From an uncultured delta proteobacterium (GTDB lineage: Bacteria; Myxococcota_A; Polyangia; Polyangiales; JAFGIB01): DNA of 64,000 nt. Shown here in pieces: positions 18,082 to 30,400 of this stretch. The DNA lies in assembly GCA_963778655.1 (NCBI GenBank), contig CAVZVA010000009.1:1280001-1344000 (forward strand), read 5' to 3'. A program made the translations under genes and the position numbers. Every line of letters starts with the position of its first letter. Within the stretch, counting starts at the first letter, position 1. Under the pieces are notes generated by a model. It searched no databases. It worked only from the letters and a program-made list of their open reading frames with translations, and was not told the origin of the DNA.

Positions 18082-20202
18082 GTGCCAATTCCGATTACGT
18101 TTCACATCTATGAGGGCGACCAGCTCTCGCGAACCGAGACGTTTGCACAGGACGTCATCAAGATCGGCAAGCTCGACTCGAGCCACTTGCGTATCGATGA
18201 CGCTGCCGTCTCACGGATGCACTCCGTGATCGAGGTGTCAGGACCGGGCGAGGTCTACATCATCGATCTCGGGTCGGCATCGGGCACCATTGTCAACGGC
18301 CAGCGCGTGAACAAGGCGAGGCTGGAATCTGGCGATCAGATTCAGTTCGGCGGCACGGTCGTGGTCGTTGAGCTCGGAGCCGAAGAGGCCGAGCAACCGG
18401 CCGCGGCAGAGCCGCCTCAGATGCCGGTGGCCGCTGCGACGCAACAAATGGCGGGCGGCTTCACACCGCCGGCACAGGCACAGGCACCGCTGCCCGCGCC
18501 CTTTAGCGGTGTGCCGCAGCCCGGCCCTGGCTATGCGCCGCAGACGCAGATCGGCCTTCCGCAACCGCCGGCCTATGCTCAGCCCCAGGCGCAGCCGCTG
18601 CAGGGCTACACGCAGCAGGGCTACGCGCAAGCGGCGCCCCAGGCGATGGCGCAGCCGATGGCCGCGGGCAGCATTGCAGCCGAGGCGGCCGCCGACTACG
18701 GCGAGCCGGTGACCTATCAGCTCGTGCCGACGGCGCCGCCGGTCAATCCGGCGGATATCGATTCGTCCGAGACCGCGGTGGAAGTGGTCTTGATGTGGGG
18801 CGACTTGAGCATCCTGCATGTCGAGCACATGTCCCCCCCGCGATCGTTCTACGTTGGCGAAGCGACCGACGCGAAGGGCAAGCCCGCTACCGACTTCTTG
18901 ATCGGCAGCGAATCGCTTGGCACCGATCGGATGCCGGTCGCAATCGAATCGGGGGCGTCGGTTGCGGTCGTGCTGCCGCACGGCGCGACCGGCGACGTCA
19001 CCATCAACAACCAGAGCATCACCTTCGAGGAGCTGGCCGCGCAGGGTCAGCTCCAGGCCTGCTCGGAGCTGGCGGGCGCCATGCAGTACCCGCTGCCGCC
19101 GGGCGCCACCGCGCGGGTGCAGTACCGCGGGTTCACGTTCATCGTGAAGCCGATGTCCGCCGCGCGCCGCGTTGGCATCGGCGGCTCTCCTTATCTCAAT
19201 CTCAAGGACTACGTCTGGACCCTCGCTTCGATGGCGTTCCACATCGGCCTGCTGCTGTTGTTCTACTTCTTGCCGCCGAGGTCGTCTTCGCTCTCTCTGG
19301 ACCTGCTCAACGCGGACTCGCGCCTGGTCAAGTACCTGATCGAGCCGCCCGAGACCGAGGAGCAGGAGACGCCGGAGTGGCTTGACGACAGCAAGATGGA
19401 CGACGAGGAGGGCGGCAAGGGCAAGCGTCACAAAGACGAAGAAGGCCAGATGGGGAAGAAGGACGAGAAGAAGACCAAGAACAAGTTCGGCATCGAAGGT
19501 CCTGAGAACAACGAAGATCCCCACATGGCCCGCGAAGAGGCCAAGGAAATGGCCGCCAACGCGGGCATCATCGGCATCCTCAAGGCCAGCGTGGGCGCCT
19601 GGAATTCGCCCACCTCGCCGTATGGGCGCGACACCGCGCTGGGCAACGACGCGATGAGCGCGCTGGGCGCGTTGATGGGCGACCAGATCGGCTCGAACTT
19701 CGGCTTCGGTGGCCTCGGGCTGCGCGGCACCGGTCGCGGTGGCGGTGGCACGGGTGAGGGCACCATCGGCCTGGGCAATATTGGCACCATCGGCCACGGC
19801 GCCGGCGGCGGCACGGGCTCCGGCTACGGCCGTGGTGCGGGCGGCTTCCACGGTCGTTCGGCCAAGGTGCCGTTCATCCGCAGCGGCAAGGCGGACGTGC
19901 GCGGCTCGCTCTCCAAGGAGGTGATCCGGCGCATCATCCACCGCCACATCAACGAGGTTCGTTTCTGTTACGAGCAAGAGCTCAACCAGCGCCCGGACCT
20001 GCAGGGACGCGTGTCCGTGAAGTTCATCATCTCGCCGACGGGCGCCGTGCAGACGGCCGCGCTGGCGGCGTCGACGATGAGCAACGGCAAGGTCGAGCAG
20101 TGCATCGTGAGCGCGGTGCGCCGCTGGACGTTCCCCTCTCCCGAGGGCGGCGGCATCGTGGTCGTCACCTATCCGTTCGTGCTGGCGCAGACGGGCGGCT
20201 AG
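18082..20202 (+). CDS. gltG: GltG/PglI-like FHA + TM + TonB C-terminal domain protein
   Basis: N-terminal FHA (IKIGK, VSRMHSVI, DLGSASGTIVNG), Pro/Gln linker, TM with S-x3-H (SMAFH), Gly-rich region, and AgmX/PglI-type TonB_C (VRFCYEQEL...RRWTFPSPEGGGIVVVTYPFVL). GGAGG RBS before the GTG. Confidence 0.9.
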   Translation: MPIPITFHIYEGDQLSRTETFAQDVIKIGKLDSSHLRIDDAAVSRMHSVIEVSGPGEVYIIDLGSASGTIVNGQRVNKARLESGDQIQFGGTVVVVELGAEEAEQPAAAEPPQMPVAAATQQMAGGFTPPAQAQAPLPAPFSGVPQPGPGYAPQTQIGLPQPPAYAQPQAQPLQGYTQQGYAQAAPQAMAQPMAAGSIAAEAAADYGEPVTYQLVPTAPPVNPADIDSSETAVEVVLMWGDLSILHVEHMSPPRSFYVGEATDAKGKPATDFLIGSESLGTDRMPVAIESGASVAVVLPHGATGDVTINNQSITFEELAAQGQLQACSELAGAMQYPLPPGATARVQYRGFTFIVKPMSAARRVGIGGSPYLNLKDYVWTLASMAFHIGLLLLFYFLPPRSSSLSLDLLNADSRLVKYLIEPPETEEQETPEWLDDSKMDDEEGGKGKRHKDEEGQMGKKDEKKTKNKFGIEGPENNEDPHMAREEAKEMAANAGIIGILKASVGAWNSPTSPYGRDTALGNDAMSALGALMGDQIGSNFGFGGLGLRGTGRGGGGTGEGTIGLGNIGTIGHGAGGGTGSGYGRGAGGFHGRSAKVPFIRSGKADVRGSLSKEVIRRIIHRHINEVRFCYEQELNQRPDLQGRVSVKFIISPTGAVQTAALAASTMSNGKVEQCIVSAVRRWTFPSPEGGGIVVVTYPFVLAQTGG

Positions 20203-20237
20203 CCGACGAGGCGGGTTCCCGGCTGCGGCCGGGCCGG

Positions 20238-20278
20238 CGAGCGGACGCTTGTGAACAGGCGTCCGCTCGTTGCGTTTT
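20238..20278 (+). terminator. Probable intrinsic terminator after gltG
   Basis: 11-bp perfect stem CGAGCGGACGC/GCGTCCGCTCG followed by TTGCGTTTT. Confidence 0.6.
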
Positions 20279-20398
20279 GGCCGCTGCGACCGAGCGAAAT
20301 CGCGCCATTCGGGCGACGGCTCGGCCCAGAGCCGGCCCGCGGCCGCGACAACAAGCGCTGAAGCAGGAAATTCAGGCTGCAAAATCGCGACTTTGCAG

Positions 20399-20428
20399 TT
20401 GAGTTGCTACCCTTTGCTCCCGTAACAT
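20399..20428 (+). promoter_or_regulatory. Putative sigma70 promoter for the TPR gene
   Basis: TTGAGT-N18-TAACAT upstream of an AAGGAG RBS. Confidence 0.45.
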
Positions 20429-20461
20429 GCCAGCGGATCCCTCTCCCCAAAGGAGCCGGCC

Positions 20462-21335
20462 ATGAAGCGGTGTCAGGTGTTGTCAGTCGCGGTGCTCGCG
20501 GTGGTGGTGTGCGTTGGCGGCAACTGCTCGCGCGCTCGCGTCGAGTCGATGAACAAGATGAACGAGGGCGTGATCGCGGCGCAGCAGAAGCGTCACGTGG
20601 ATGCGATCAAGCTGCTCGAGCAGGCGGCCGCGATCGATCCGCAGAACGATCAGGTGTTCTGGAACATGGCGATCGTGCACATGGAGATGCGTAAGTACGA
20701 TCGGGCCAAGGACGACCTGCAGAAGGGCATTGCCGTCAATCCGAACTCCGCCGGGTACCAGGAGAAGCTGGGCACGGTGCTGATGGAGCTGCACGACTGG
20801 CAAGCGGCCAAGGCACCCCTGGAAAAGGCGATTCAGCTCGAGCCCGAGCTGTTCAAGGCCTACTACAAGCTGGCCCAGGTCGACGAGCAGCTCGATGATC
20901 AGCAGAGCGCGCTCAAGCACTACACGGAGGCGATCGAGAAGGGACCGCGCTTTCTGGAAGCGTATAGCGCGCTGGGTCGCCTCTACGCCGATCTCGGGTA
21001 CCTGGAGCAGTCGGTGCAGGTGCTGAACGAGGCGCTCAAAGTGGCCCTGAAGGGGACCGAGGAAGAGGCGAACGTCCACCATCTTCTCGGCACCGTGCTG
21101 CAGCAGCAGAAGAAGTACGACCAGGCGATTGCCGAGTTCAAAGCGGCGCTCGACGTCGTGCCCGGCATGCGGGACGCTTTGTTTTCGCTCGGTTGGACCT
21201 ATGATTTGAAGGGGAACAAGGATGAGGCCAAGCGCTACCTTCAGAAATTTCGTGGATGTCGCGGGGGCCGAGGCTCCGGCGCACTACGTGAAGGCGGCTC
21301 GGGACAAGCTGTCCGAGATGGCCGAAGGCTTCTAG
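20462..21335 (+). CDS. Exported TPR protein (possible lipoprotein) with an apparent +1 frameshift near 21248-21250
   Basis: About 7 TPRs. The zero frame becomes low-quality after YLQKF. The +1 frame continues with good codons, VDVAGAEAPAHYVKAARDKLSEMAEGF, to TAG at 21333-21335. Confidence 0.75.
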
Positions 21336-21485
21336 CCACGTACGCCTACATCACGGTAACGGTTTTCCGGCAGCGAACGCCGGGCACGCTTGCGTGCCCG
21401 GCGTCGTGTCGTCCTAGAGGTCGTGAAATCAACGTGGCTCGAAGCTGTGAATGCTCAGGCTTGAGGGGATTTGCAGGAGGCTTAC

Positions 21486-24400
21486 GTGTCGGACAACGAC
21501 GTTCCCGTGACCACTGAGTCCGAGGAGGATGTGCGCGATTCGACCGATGCGGACGGTTCGCAGCGGAGGACCGGCAACGGCGGGGGCGGAACACCGAGAG
21601 AGCTGAGCGCCGATGAGCGCGCTCGGCTCGCGACCCTGGACGAGGCGCTCCAGAAGTTTCAAGCGCAGAAGCGCTGGTCGGACGTGATCAAGACCACGCT
21701 CGAGAAAGCGGAGCTGGTTCACGATCCAGACCGGAAAGTGGAGCTGTTCGCCGACGCCGGACGCATGTACCTGGAGCGGTCCTCGAACCAGGCCGAGGCG
21801 ATCAAGTGTTTTCGTCGGGTGCTCGAAATCGCGCCGGACAACCGCGAGGCGATCGATCGCCTCAAGGAGATGTACGAGAAGCGCCGCGACTGGGAGCGCC
21901 TGATCGAGATCATGCGCGGCGAGTGCCTGCTGCTGGCGACGTCCGAGCAGACCGCGCGCCGTCTCGAGCTCGCGCGGCTCGCGACCGAGCGCCTGCGTAA
22001 GCCGGCGATCTGCATCGAGCTGTGGCAGGACGTGAGGGCGATCGACGCCGACAATCCGGAGGCGGTTGCGGCGCTGGCCAACCTGTACGAGCGGGCGCGA
22101 GAGTGGGCGCCGCTGGCGGAGGTGTTGGAGAAGCGGAGCCATCAGCTCAGCGACAAGACCGAAAGCGTTCACCTGCTGCAGAAGCTGGGCATGATCTACG
22201 CCGATCAGCTCAACGACGATCAGGGCGCGATCGAAGCGTTCAAGCGCCTGCTGCAGCTGGAGCCCGATGATCGCCGCGCGCAGGAGCAGCTCAAGAAGCG
22301 CTACGTGGCCGCCCACGCCTGGGACGACCTCGAGGCCTTCTATGATGCGACCGGCAAGTATGACGAGCTGATCCGTACGCTGGAGCGCGCCGCCGACGCC
22401 AAGGACGGCGAGCAGGACGAACGCATCACGCTGTTGTTCCGCGTCGCACGCCTGTGGAGCGATCGCATGAATGCGCCCGATCGCGCGGCCCGCGCCTACG
22501 AGAAGGTGCTGGCGCTCGACCCGGCCAACCTCGACGCGGCCGAAGCGTTGACGCCGATCTACGAGCGTTCGGGCGACGCCAAGAAGCTGGTCGGCATGTA
22601 CGAGGTCCGCCTGCAGCATACCGAGGATCCCGACGAGCGCGTGCTGCTGCTGCGCGAGGCCGGGCTGCTGTACGAGGAGAAGCTGCGTAGCCCGCAGCAG
22701 GCCTTTGAGCGGATGGTGCAAGCCTTCGTGATCGATCCGTCACAGGACGTGCTGCGCGAGGATCTCGAGCGCCTGGCCGGCAAGACTAAGGACTGGCAGC
22801 CGGTGTTCGCGGCGTACGCCAAGGCGATCGAGGAGGCGACGCATCCCGACGACGCCAACGATCTACGCCTGCACTACGGGCGGATGCTCGGCGAAGCCGG
22901 CTTGCAGGAGGATGCGATCGAGCAGTATCGCGCGGTCTGGGACGACCGCCCCGACGACCAGGCCGCGATCGGTGCGCTCGAGGCGCTGTACCGGAGCACC
23001 GAGCGCTTTGCCGACCTGCTACGCGTGCTGGAGCGGCGCGTCGAGCTGGAGAGCGACCCGAGCGTGCGCAAGGAGCTCGCGTACGACATCGCCCGGCTCT
23101 ATCGGGAGCAGCTCGACGATGCCGACCGCGCGATCGAGGCCTATCGGAACATCCCGCTGGAGTTCGGCGAGGAGGAGAACGAGGCCTATCGCGCCCTGGA
23201 ACAGCTCTACGAGCAGCAGCAGCGCTGGCAGGATCTGGCCGAGACTCTGGAGCACCGCATCGATCTCGGGCCGGCCAGCGACGAGGAGCTCGCGGCGCTG
23301 AAGTTTCGCCTGGCCGAGGTGCTGCGCAATCGGCTCGCGGACGGCGCGCGCGCGCTCGAGCTGCTGTGCGAGGTGCTCACGATCATGCCCGAGCACGAGG
23401 GCGCGTTGAGCGCGCTCGAGAGCCTGCTGCGTGACGCCGAGCTGGGACCGCGGGCTGCCGCGATCCTCGAGCCGATCTACGAGGGCCGCAACGAGTGGGA
23501 CAAGCTGATCCACGCGCTGGACGTGCTCGCCGCCTCGGTCGGGCCCGGGGACCAGCGCGTCGACCTCATCACCCGCGTGGGCGAGATCTACGCCGAGCGC
23601 TTGCAGGACCAGGCCAAGGCGCTCGAGGTGTATTGCCGCGCGCTGCGGGAGGCGCCGGACAGCCCGGGCATCTCCGCGCGGCTCGAGGAGCTGGCCAAGG
23701 CGCAGGGACAGCTCGGCATGATGGTCGAGCTGCTGAGCGAGCTGGCGGATCAGGCACAAGACCCGTTGCTGGGCAAGCAGCTGTGGGTGAAGGCGGCCAC
23801 CCTGCACGAGGTCGAGCTCGAAGACGTCGATGGGGCGGTGGCCGCATACATGCACGCGCTCGAGCTCGACGAAGGCGACATGGAGATCCTCGGGGCACTC
23901 GAGGGCCTTTACCGGCGCACCGAGCGCTGGCGCGAGCTGCTCTCGGTGCTGCGGCGCAAGGTCGACGCCGTCATCGATCCGCGCGAGCAAGAGCAGCTGC
24001 TGGCGCAGATGGCGGCGATTCACGACGAGATGCTGCACGAGCCCAAGCAGGCGATCCGGATCTACAACGAGGTCCTGGAAGCGGACCCAGGAAGCGTCAC
24101 GGCACTAAGCGCGCTCGATGCGCTGTACGAGCGGCAACAGATGTGGAGCGAGCTCGCGGATAATCTCAGTCGCCAGCTGTCGATGGCGGAGGAGGAGGGC
24201 GCGCGCACGGCGCTGATGTTGCGCCTGGCCGGCCTGCGCGAGGCGCGCATGGACGACGTGCTCGGCGCGATCGAGATTTATCGCGAGGTGCTCGATCGGG
24301 ACCCGAGCTCCGCGGCGGCGTTGAGCGCGCTCGAGCGCTTGTTGCAGCAGCCGGAGCAGCAGGTCCGCGTGGCCGAGATCCTGGAGCCGCTGTACCGGGA

Positions 24401-27400
24401 CTCGGGCGATGTGCGTAAGCTGATCGGCATCCACGAGATCCAGCTTCAGCACAGCGAGTCGACCGATCAGCGAGTCGATTTGCTGGGCCGGATGGCGGAG
24501 CTGTACGAGGTGCAGCTCGAGGACATCGAAGGTGCATTCCGTTGCCATGCGCGTGCTCTGCACGAGGATCCGGGCAATCCCGACACGCAGGAACAGCTCG
24601 AGCGGTTGGCGGCCTCGGCCGGCGCCTTCCAGGCGCTCGCCGAGACCTATGAGGCGCAGCTCGATGCGACCGAGGACGAACAGGTCCGCGCGGTTCTGCA
24701 CACCAAGGTGGCCGAGATTCGCGAGACGCGTCTGGGGGACGTGGAGGGCGCGATCGCGCACTACCGTCGGGTCCTCGAGCTCAGCGAGAACAATCTCGAC
24801 GCGGCCAGCGCGCTCGAGCGCCTGTACCAGATGTCGGAGCGCTACGAAGATCTGGGCCAGATCTTCCTAGCCAAAGCGGTGATGCTCGACGTGCCCGACG
24901 AGCAGCGCGACCACTACTTTCGCGCGGGTCAGATCTACGAGGAGATCCTGGACCGCCCCGAGCAGGCGATCGACGTCTATCAGCGGTCGTTGCAGGTCGA
25001 GCCCGACGATATCGAGGCGCTCGACAAGTTGATCGGATTGCTGCTGCGGCTGGAGCGCTGGGAAAGCCTGCTCGACGCCTACATGAGCAAGGCGGACATC
25101 GTCGAGGATGCGGAGCAGAAGAAGGCGCTCTACGCTGAGGTCGGCGCGGTCCACGAGGCCAAGCTCGGTCAGATCGACAAGGCGATCGAGACCTATCAGC
25201 GCATCCTCGAGATCGATCCCGACGACGCCACCGCGGTGGCGCGGCTGGATGCGCTGTATCATGCGGCCGGCAACTGGGAGGAACTGCTCTCGATCCTGGA
25301 GCGCGAGGCGGAGCTCGCCACTGACCCGGGCCAGGCGCTCGAGTTCCGCTACCGCATCGGCGGGCTGTTCGAGCAACGGCTCGCGGACCCCTACCGCGCG
25401 GTCGAGGTTTATGGCGAGGTCCTCGAAGCGCAGCCCGATCACGTGGCCGCGCAGGCCGCGCTCGAGCGCATGATCGCGGCCGGCAAGGAGCCGGTGGCCG
25501 CCGCACGCGTGCTGGAACCGATCTACCGCGCAGCGGCGGAGTCGCACAAGCTCGTCGCGGTGCTCGAGGTGTTGGTCGCGAATGAGGAAGACCCGCTGCG
25601 CAAGGTGGAGCTGCTGCACCAGATCGCGGAGCTGCACGACGTGCACCTGGACCAGCCGCGCGCGGCCTTCGAGGCCTACGCGCGCGCGTTGCACCACGAC
25701 AACGGCAACGAGCGCACCCTGACGGCGATCGAGCGTCTGGCCGAGCGGCTTTCGAGCTGGGCGGAGCTGGCGCAGCTCTACGACGCGGAGATCGCGGGCT
25801 TGCGCGAGGAATCGCCGGACCTGGCCGTGGATCTGGCACTGCGTCTGGCGAGGATCTGCGAGGTGCAAATCGGCAGCGTGGACGCGGCGATCCAGCGCTA
25901 CCGGATCGTGTACGAGATCGATCCGGGCCACCCCGAGGCCCTGGCATCGCTCGACCGCTTGTACGAGGTGGCCGAGCGCTGGCGGGACTTGGCCGAGGTG
26001 CTGGCCAAGGAGGCCGAGGTCGCGGGCAGCCCCGATGACGTGCTCGCCCTTCAGTTCCGTCTGGGCCAGTTGCAGCAGGTCAGGCTGGGCGACATAGAGC
26101 AGGCGATCGAGCAGTACCGCGAAATTTTGGCTGCGGCGCCCGAGCACGAAGGGGCACTGGCGGCGCTCGAAGGTCTGTTCGAGCAGGGCGTGCAGCCGGT
26201 CACGATCGGCGAGATTCTCGAGCCGCTCTACCGCATGCAGGACGCCTGGGAGAAGCTGATCGGCGTCCAGCACGCGCTGCTGCGGGTTCAGGGCTCGATC
26301 GACGATCGCATCGCGGCGATGCACCGTATCGCCGAGATCGCCGAGGAGCGTCTGGGCGACATCGCGCTCGCGTTCACGTGGATGCAGCGCGCGCTGATCG
26401 AGGATCCGCTGCACGATCACTCGCTGTCCGAAGCCGAGCGTCTGGCCGGAATGTCGGGAGAGTGGGCGGTGCTGGCGAGCACCTACGCGCAGATCATGGA
26501 GCGCGAGACGCGCAAAGAGGTCGTGGTGGCGATCGGCAAGCGCCTCGCCCGCGTGTATGAGGAAGAGCTCGCGGACGTCGTGCGTGCGGAGGAGGCGTTC
26601 CGCTACGCGGTCGCGGTCGACGATCGGGATCAGGACGTGCTCGAGGCGTTGGACCGCATCTACAGCGAGCACGGCGCCGGCCACGCGCTGGCCGAGGTGC
26701 TGCGCAAGCGGGTCGCGGCCGCCGACGATCCCGAGCAGAAGATCGATCTCATGCAGCGTTTGGGCAACGTGCTCTACAACGACGTGGGCAGCACGGCCGA
26801 GGCGATCGTCGTGTTCCAGGAGATCCTCGAGCAGGAGCCCGAACGCGAGGACACGCTGCGAGCGTTGCAGAACGTGTACCTGATCACCCAGAACTGGGAG
26901 CAACTCCAGCAGGTCTACGAGAAGGAGCTGGACGTCGTGGTCGGCGATACGGCGCAGGCGGAGATCCTGGGTCGCATGGCGATGCTGGCCTGGACCAAGC
27001 TCAACGACCTTGACGGCGCAGTTCAGCTCATGAAGCGCGTGCTCGATCTGCTTGGCGAGGATCCCGAGGCGCTGAACGCGCTCGGCAACATCTACGCGCT
27101 TCAGGAGAACTGGGCCGACCTGGTCGACGTGCTCGAGCGCGAGGTCGCAGTGTGCGACGACGACGCTCTGCGGGTACGCATCTATTCCGACCTGGGGCGC
27201 ATCTGGTATGACAAGTTGCACCGCGATCGCAACGCGCTCGAGAGCTGGGAACGGGTGCTCGACCTCGATCCGAGCTATACCGACGCGCTATTCGCAATTG
27301 CCGAGATCCATCGGGCGGCGGGATCGTATTCCGACCTGGTCGACACGCTGCACCGCGTGATCGACGTCGGCGGCGCCACGCTCGACGACATGGTGATCGA

Positions 27401-30400
27401 GGGTGTCTACATGCAACTCGGGGCGGTCTTCGAGGAGCGCCTGGAGCAGCCGCAGGACGCGGTCGAGGCGTATGGCCGCGCGCTGGAGCTGAATCCTCGC
27501 AACTTCGGGGCGATGGACGCGCTCGAGCGGATCCATTCGGTCCACGAGCAGTGGGAAGACTGCATCGAGGTCATGACGCGCAGGGCGGACGCGCTCGAGG
27601 ACCCTGCGCACAAGATCCAGGTGTTGCTCGAAGTTGCCAAGATGTGCGACGAGAAGCTCGGCGAACGCGAGCGCGCGATCAAACCCTTCACGCGGATTCT
27701 CGAAATCGACCGCCTGCACGATCAGGCGTTCGCGCAGCTCGAGGGCCTGTACCGGGAGCAGAGTCGCTTCGCAGAGCTGATCGACCTCTACGTCGCCCGC
27801 GTGGAGGCGACCGACGAGGTAGACGAGCGCGTGCGTCTGCTGCGCAAGGTGGCCCAGGTCAACGAGAAGGACCTGGGGGACAAGAATCAGGCCTTCGACG
27901 CGCTGCTGCTGGCCTGGACCCAGGACTTCAGCAACGAGGAGACGGCGCGCGAGCTCGAGCGCATGACGGGGTTGACCCAGCGCTGGAACGAGCTGCTGAC
28001 GACGGCGAACAATTCGCTGCAGGAGGTGGCCGCCGAGGATCTCGTCACCAAGAACGCGATCTGTCTCAAGTGCGCGCGCTGGTACGCCCGCGAAGGCCAC
28101 CCCGAGTATGCGATCCCCTACCTGCAACAGGTGCTGGCCAACGATCCGCTGAACCTGGCGGCGATGAAGCAGATGGCGGACCTGTACCAGCAGACCCAGC
28201 AGTGGCAGGTGTACGCCCAGGTGCTGCGCAAGCTTTCGGAAATGACCGAGGATCCACGCGAGCGCGCCGAGGTCTGCGTGCGGCTCGGTCAGCTCAACGA
28301 GGAGCAATTCCACTCGGCGGAGCAGGCGATCAAGCTCTACCGCGATGCGCTGCAGGCCGTGCCGACCCAGCTGGACGCGCTCAAGGCGCTCGAGCGAATT
28401 CACCGCAGCCGCTCGGAGTGGTCGGACCTGATCGACGTGCTCAAGCGCAAGGTCCAGGCGGTGGACGACTCGGAGCAGTCGCTGGCGGCCAAGCTCGAGC
28501 TGGCCGAGGCGTACGAGGACAGGGTCAGCGACAAGAGCCAGGCGATTGAGCAGTACCGCCGCGTGCTGGAGGAGGACGACGCAAACCTGCAGGCGCTCAA
28601 GGGGCTCGAGCGCCTGTATGCCCAGCAGGAGCGCTGGCAGGACTTGATGGGCGTGCTGGAGCGCCAGCTCCAGATCGTGCAGAACGAGCGCGACCAGATC
28701 ACCTTGCTCACACGCGTCGCCTCGATGTGGGAGGAGGAGTTCCTCAAGCACGACAAGGCAGCCGAGCGGCTCGAGGAAGTGCTCAACATCGATCCGACCT
28801 TCGTCGAGGCGCTGGTCGGGTTGGAGCGCCTGTACAGGCAGCTCCGCAGGTGGCCCGACCTGATCAACGCCTACGAGCGGCACATCGAGAACACCGTCGG
28901 TCGCGCGGAGAAGGCCGGCCTGTTCCAGCGCATCGGCGAGGTCTACCGCGACGAGCTCAGCGACAGCGACCGGGCGGTCGAAGCCTTCATCGACGTCACC
29001 GGGATCGACGACGACAACACGGAGGCGCTGCGCGCGCTGTCGGCGCTCTACGAGGAGCGAAGCGAGCACAGCATGGCGCTCGACGCGATGGAGCGGCTTT
29101 CGCGGCTGGTCGAGGGCGTCGAGGACAAGGTGGCGTTGTTCCATCGCATGGGCCGGGTGTACAGCGCCGAGCTCGGCGACAACGCGGCTGCTCTCGATCA
29201 GTATCTGAAGGCGGTCGATCTCGACCCGCGCCACCTGCCTTCGCTCGAGGCGATGCGCGACCTCCATGTGCAGGAGGGCAACTGGCGTGCGGCGGCGAGG
29301 GTGCTCGAGCAGGCCGCCGAGATCGAGCAGAGCACGCGGCGTGGCGCGGAGCTGCGCGTGGAGCTGGGCCAGATCTACGAGCAGCATCTGGACGAGCACG
29401 AGCGCGCGATCGAGTGCTTCGAGGATGCGATCAAGCTCGATCCGGACAGCGCAGGCGCGGCGCGGCCCTTGCTCGACGAGTACGTCAAGCAAGGCCGCTT
29501 TCAGGATGCCGAGCCGCTGGTGCGGATGCTGGTGCGTAGCCCGGACGTAGCAGAGACCGAGGAGAAGCAGCGCTTCTGGTTTCTGTACGGTAAGGTCGCG
29601 GAGAACCTCGACGACGACGAGACGGCGGTCAAGGCATACGGCGAGGCATTCGGGCTCGACACCCAGGACCTGGCGTCGCTGATCGGGTTGGCCGCGGCGT
29701 CCTTTCGCCTGAAGGACTGGGAGAGCGCGCACAAGCACTATCAGATGTTACTGGTGCACAGGCGCGATGAGCTGGCCCCCGAGCAGATCACCGACGCGCT
29801 GTATCGGTTGGGAGTGATCAAGCGCGAGCAGGGCGAGATCAAGAAGGCCCTCAACATGTTCGACAAAGCCCTCGAGGAGGACGAGCTGCACCGTCCGACG
29901 CTCGAGGCGTTGATCGACCTGCACGGTCGCGAGAAAGAGTGGGAGCAGGTCATCCACTACAAGAAGCGGCTGCTCGAATGCGCGGCGGACGACCAGGAGC
30001 GCTTCAGGCTCTACGACGAGATCGGCGACCTGTGGCAGAAGGAGCTGAGCAATCCGGCCAAGGCGATCGAGGCGTTTGCCGAGGCGTCCGCGCTGGAGCC
30101 GCGCAACCACGTGATGCTGCACAAGCTACTGCAGCTCTACACCGAGACTGCCCAGTGGGAGCGCACGATCGAGACGATCGGCCGCATCAGCGACCTGGAA
30201 GAGCGGCCGGAGGCGAAAGCCAAGTACGCCAACGCCGTGGGCGTGATTCTGCGCGACGAGCTCAAGGACGCCGATGCGGCGCTGCAGCGCTTCGATCAGG
30301 CGCTGGACCTGGATCCGGTCGGCATGCTGAAGGCGTTCGAGGCGATCAACCGCGTGCTGACGCAGAAGAAGGATTGGAAGGGACTGGAGCGCGCGTTCCG

